Of a DNA stretch of 44,765 bases, positions 44,566-44,765 are shown piece after piece. The translations under genes were made by a program, and so were the position numbers. The notes under the pieces were generated by a model, which made no database searches, had not been told where the DNA came from, and was given only the letters and a program-made list of their open reading frames with translations. Source of the DNA: a virus (lineage: Duplodnaviria > Caudoviricetes); IMG/VR virus record IMGVR_UViG_3300025015_000053, positions 1 to 44,765 of that record, one strand, 5' to 3'. Position 1 is the first letter of the stretch; the number at the start of each line of letters is the position of its first letter.

Positions 44566-44763
44566 TCAACGATTTCTTTTTTTTTCATTAAGCTTGGCTA
44601 AATCAGCTAAAGTAAGATGGCTAATATTCGGTGTAAAACATGATATCGCATCTCTAGTGTCTACATGTCTAATCATATTCAACGGATCAAAACGTCTTTG
44701 CAATTTATTCATTATTGGCCCATTATTTTCCAAATCTTCGAGAATAATATCAATAATTTCCTG
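44566..44763 (-). CDS. C-terminal end of an unidentified gene (starts outside the window)
   Basis: Open frame QEIIDIILEDLENNGPIMNKLQRR...KKRNR-stop. Confidence 0.5.
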   Translation of the reverse strand, partial: QEIIDIILEDLENNGPIMNKLQRRFDPLNMIRHVDTRDAISCFTPNISHLTLADLAKLNEKKRNR

Positions 44764-44765
44764 CT

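Noticed and set aside
44566-44763. IIDIILEDLENNGPI resembles tape-measure C-termini
   Set aside because: Too short, and the flanking context is outside the window
1-44765. tRNA, rRNA, integrase/intI, reverse transcriptase, self-target for the NN arrays
   Set aside because: None recognised by eye; the gapped-target search could only be spot-checked at a few intergenic regions and needs computation

Overview
A 44.8-kb segment of a tailed dsDNA phage (or prophage) genome with essentially all genes on the - strand. Read in transcription order (right to left), it has: accessory genes (B12-radical SAM, small ORFs between attC-like sites); a replication block (initiator with iterons, DnaB-like helicase, Dam-type methylase, primase, sigma-like protein); a nucleotide-modification block (FAD oxidoreductase, divergent ThyX, SDR, DUF1599-like, VOC); DnaE fused to a family-4 uracil-DNA glycosylase; clamp loader, UvsY, SSB, RecA and resolvase; a split SbcCD; terminase; about 11 kb rich in signal-peptide proteins; a portal-MuF-topoisomerase IB fusion; and the start of a prohead protease. 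The most notable items are: (1) a lone Cas7/RAMP-like gene flanked on both sides by GGT-NN pentamer arrays, a candidate RNA-guided system with a non-contiguous guide code (VIPR-like); (2) two arrays of integron attC-type cassettes whose genes are all inverted relative to attC, with no integrase in the window; (3) the portal-MuF-TopIB fusion followed by a small acidic ORF; (4) a candidate novel pyrimidine-modification pathway. All family calls come from motifs recognised by eye; no searches were run.
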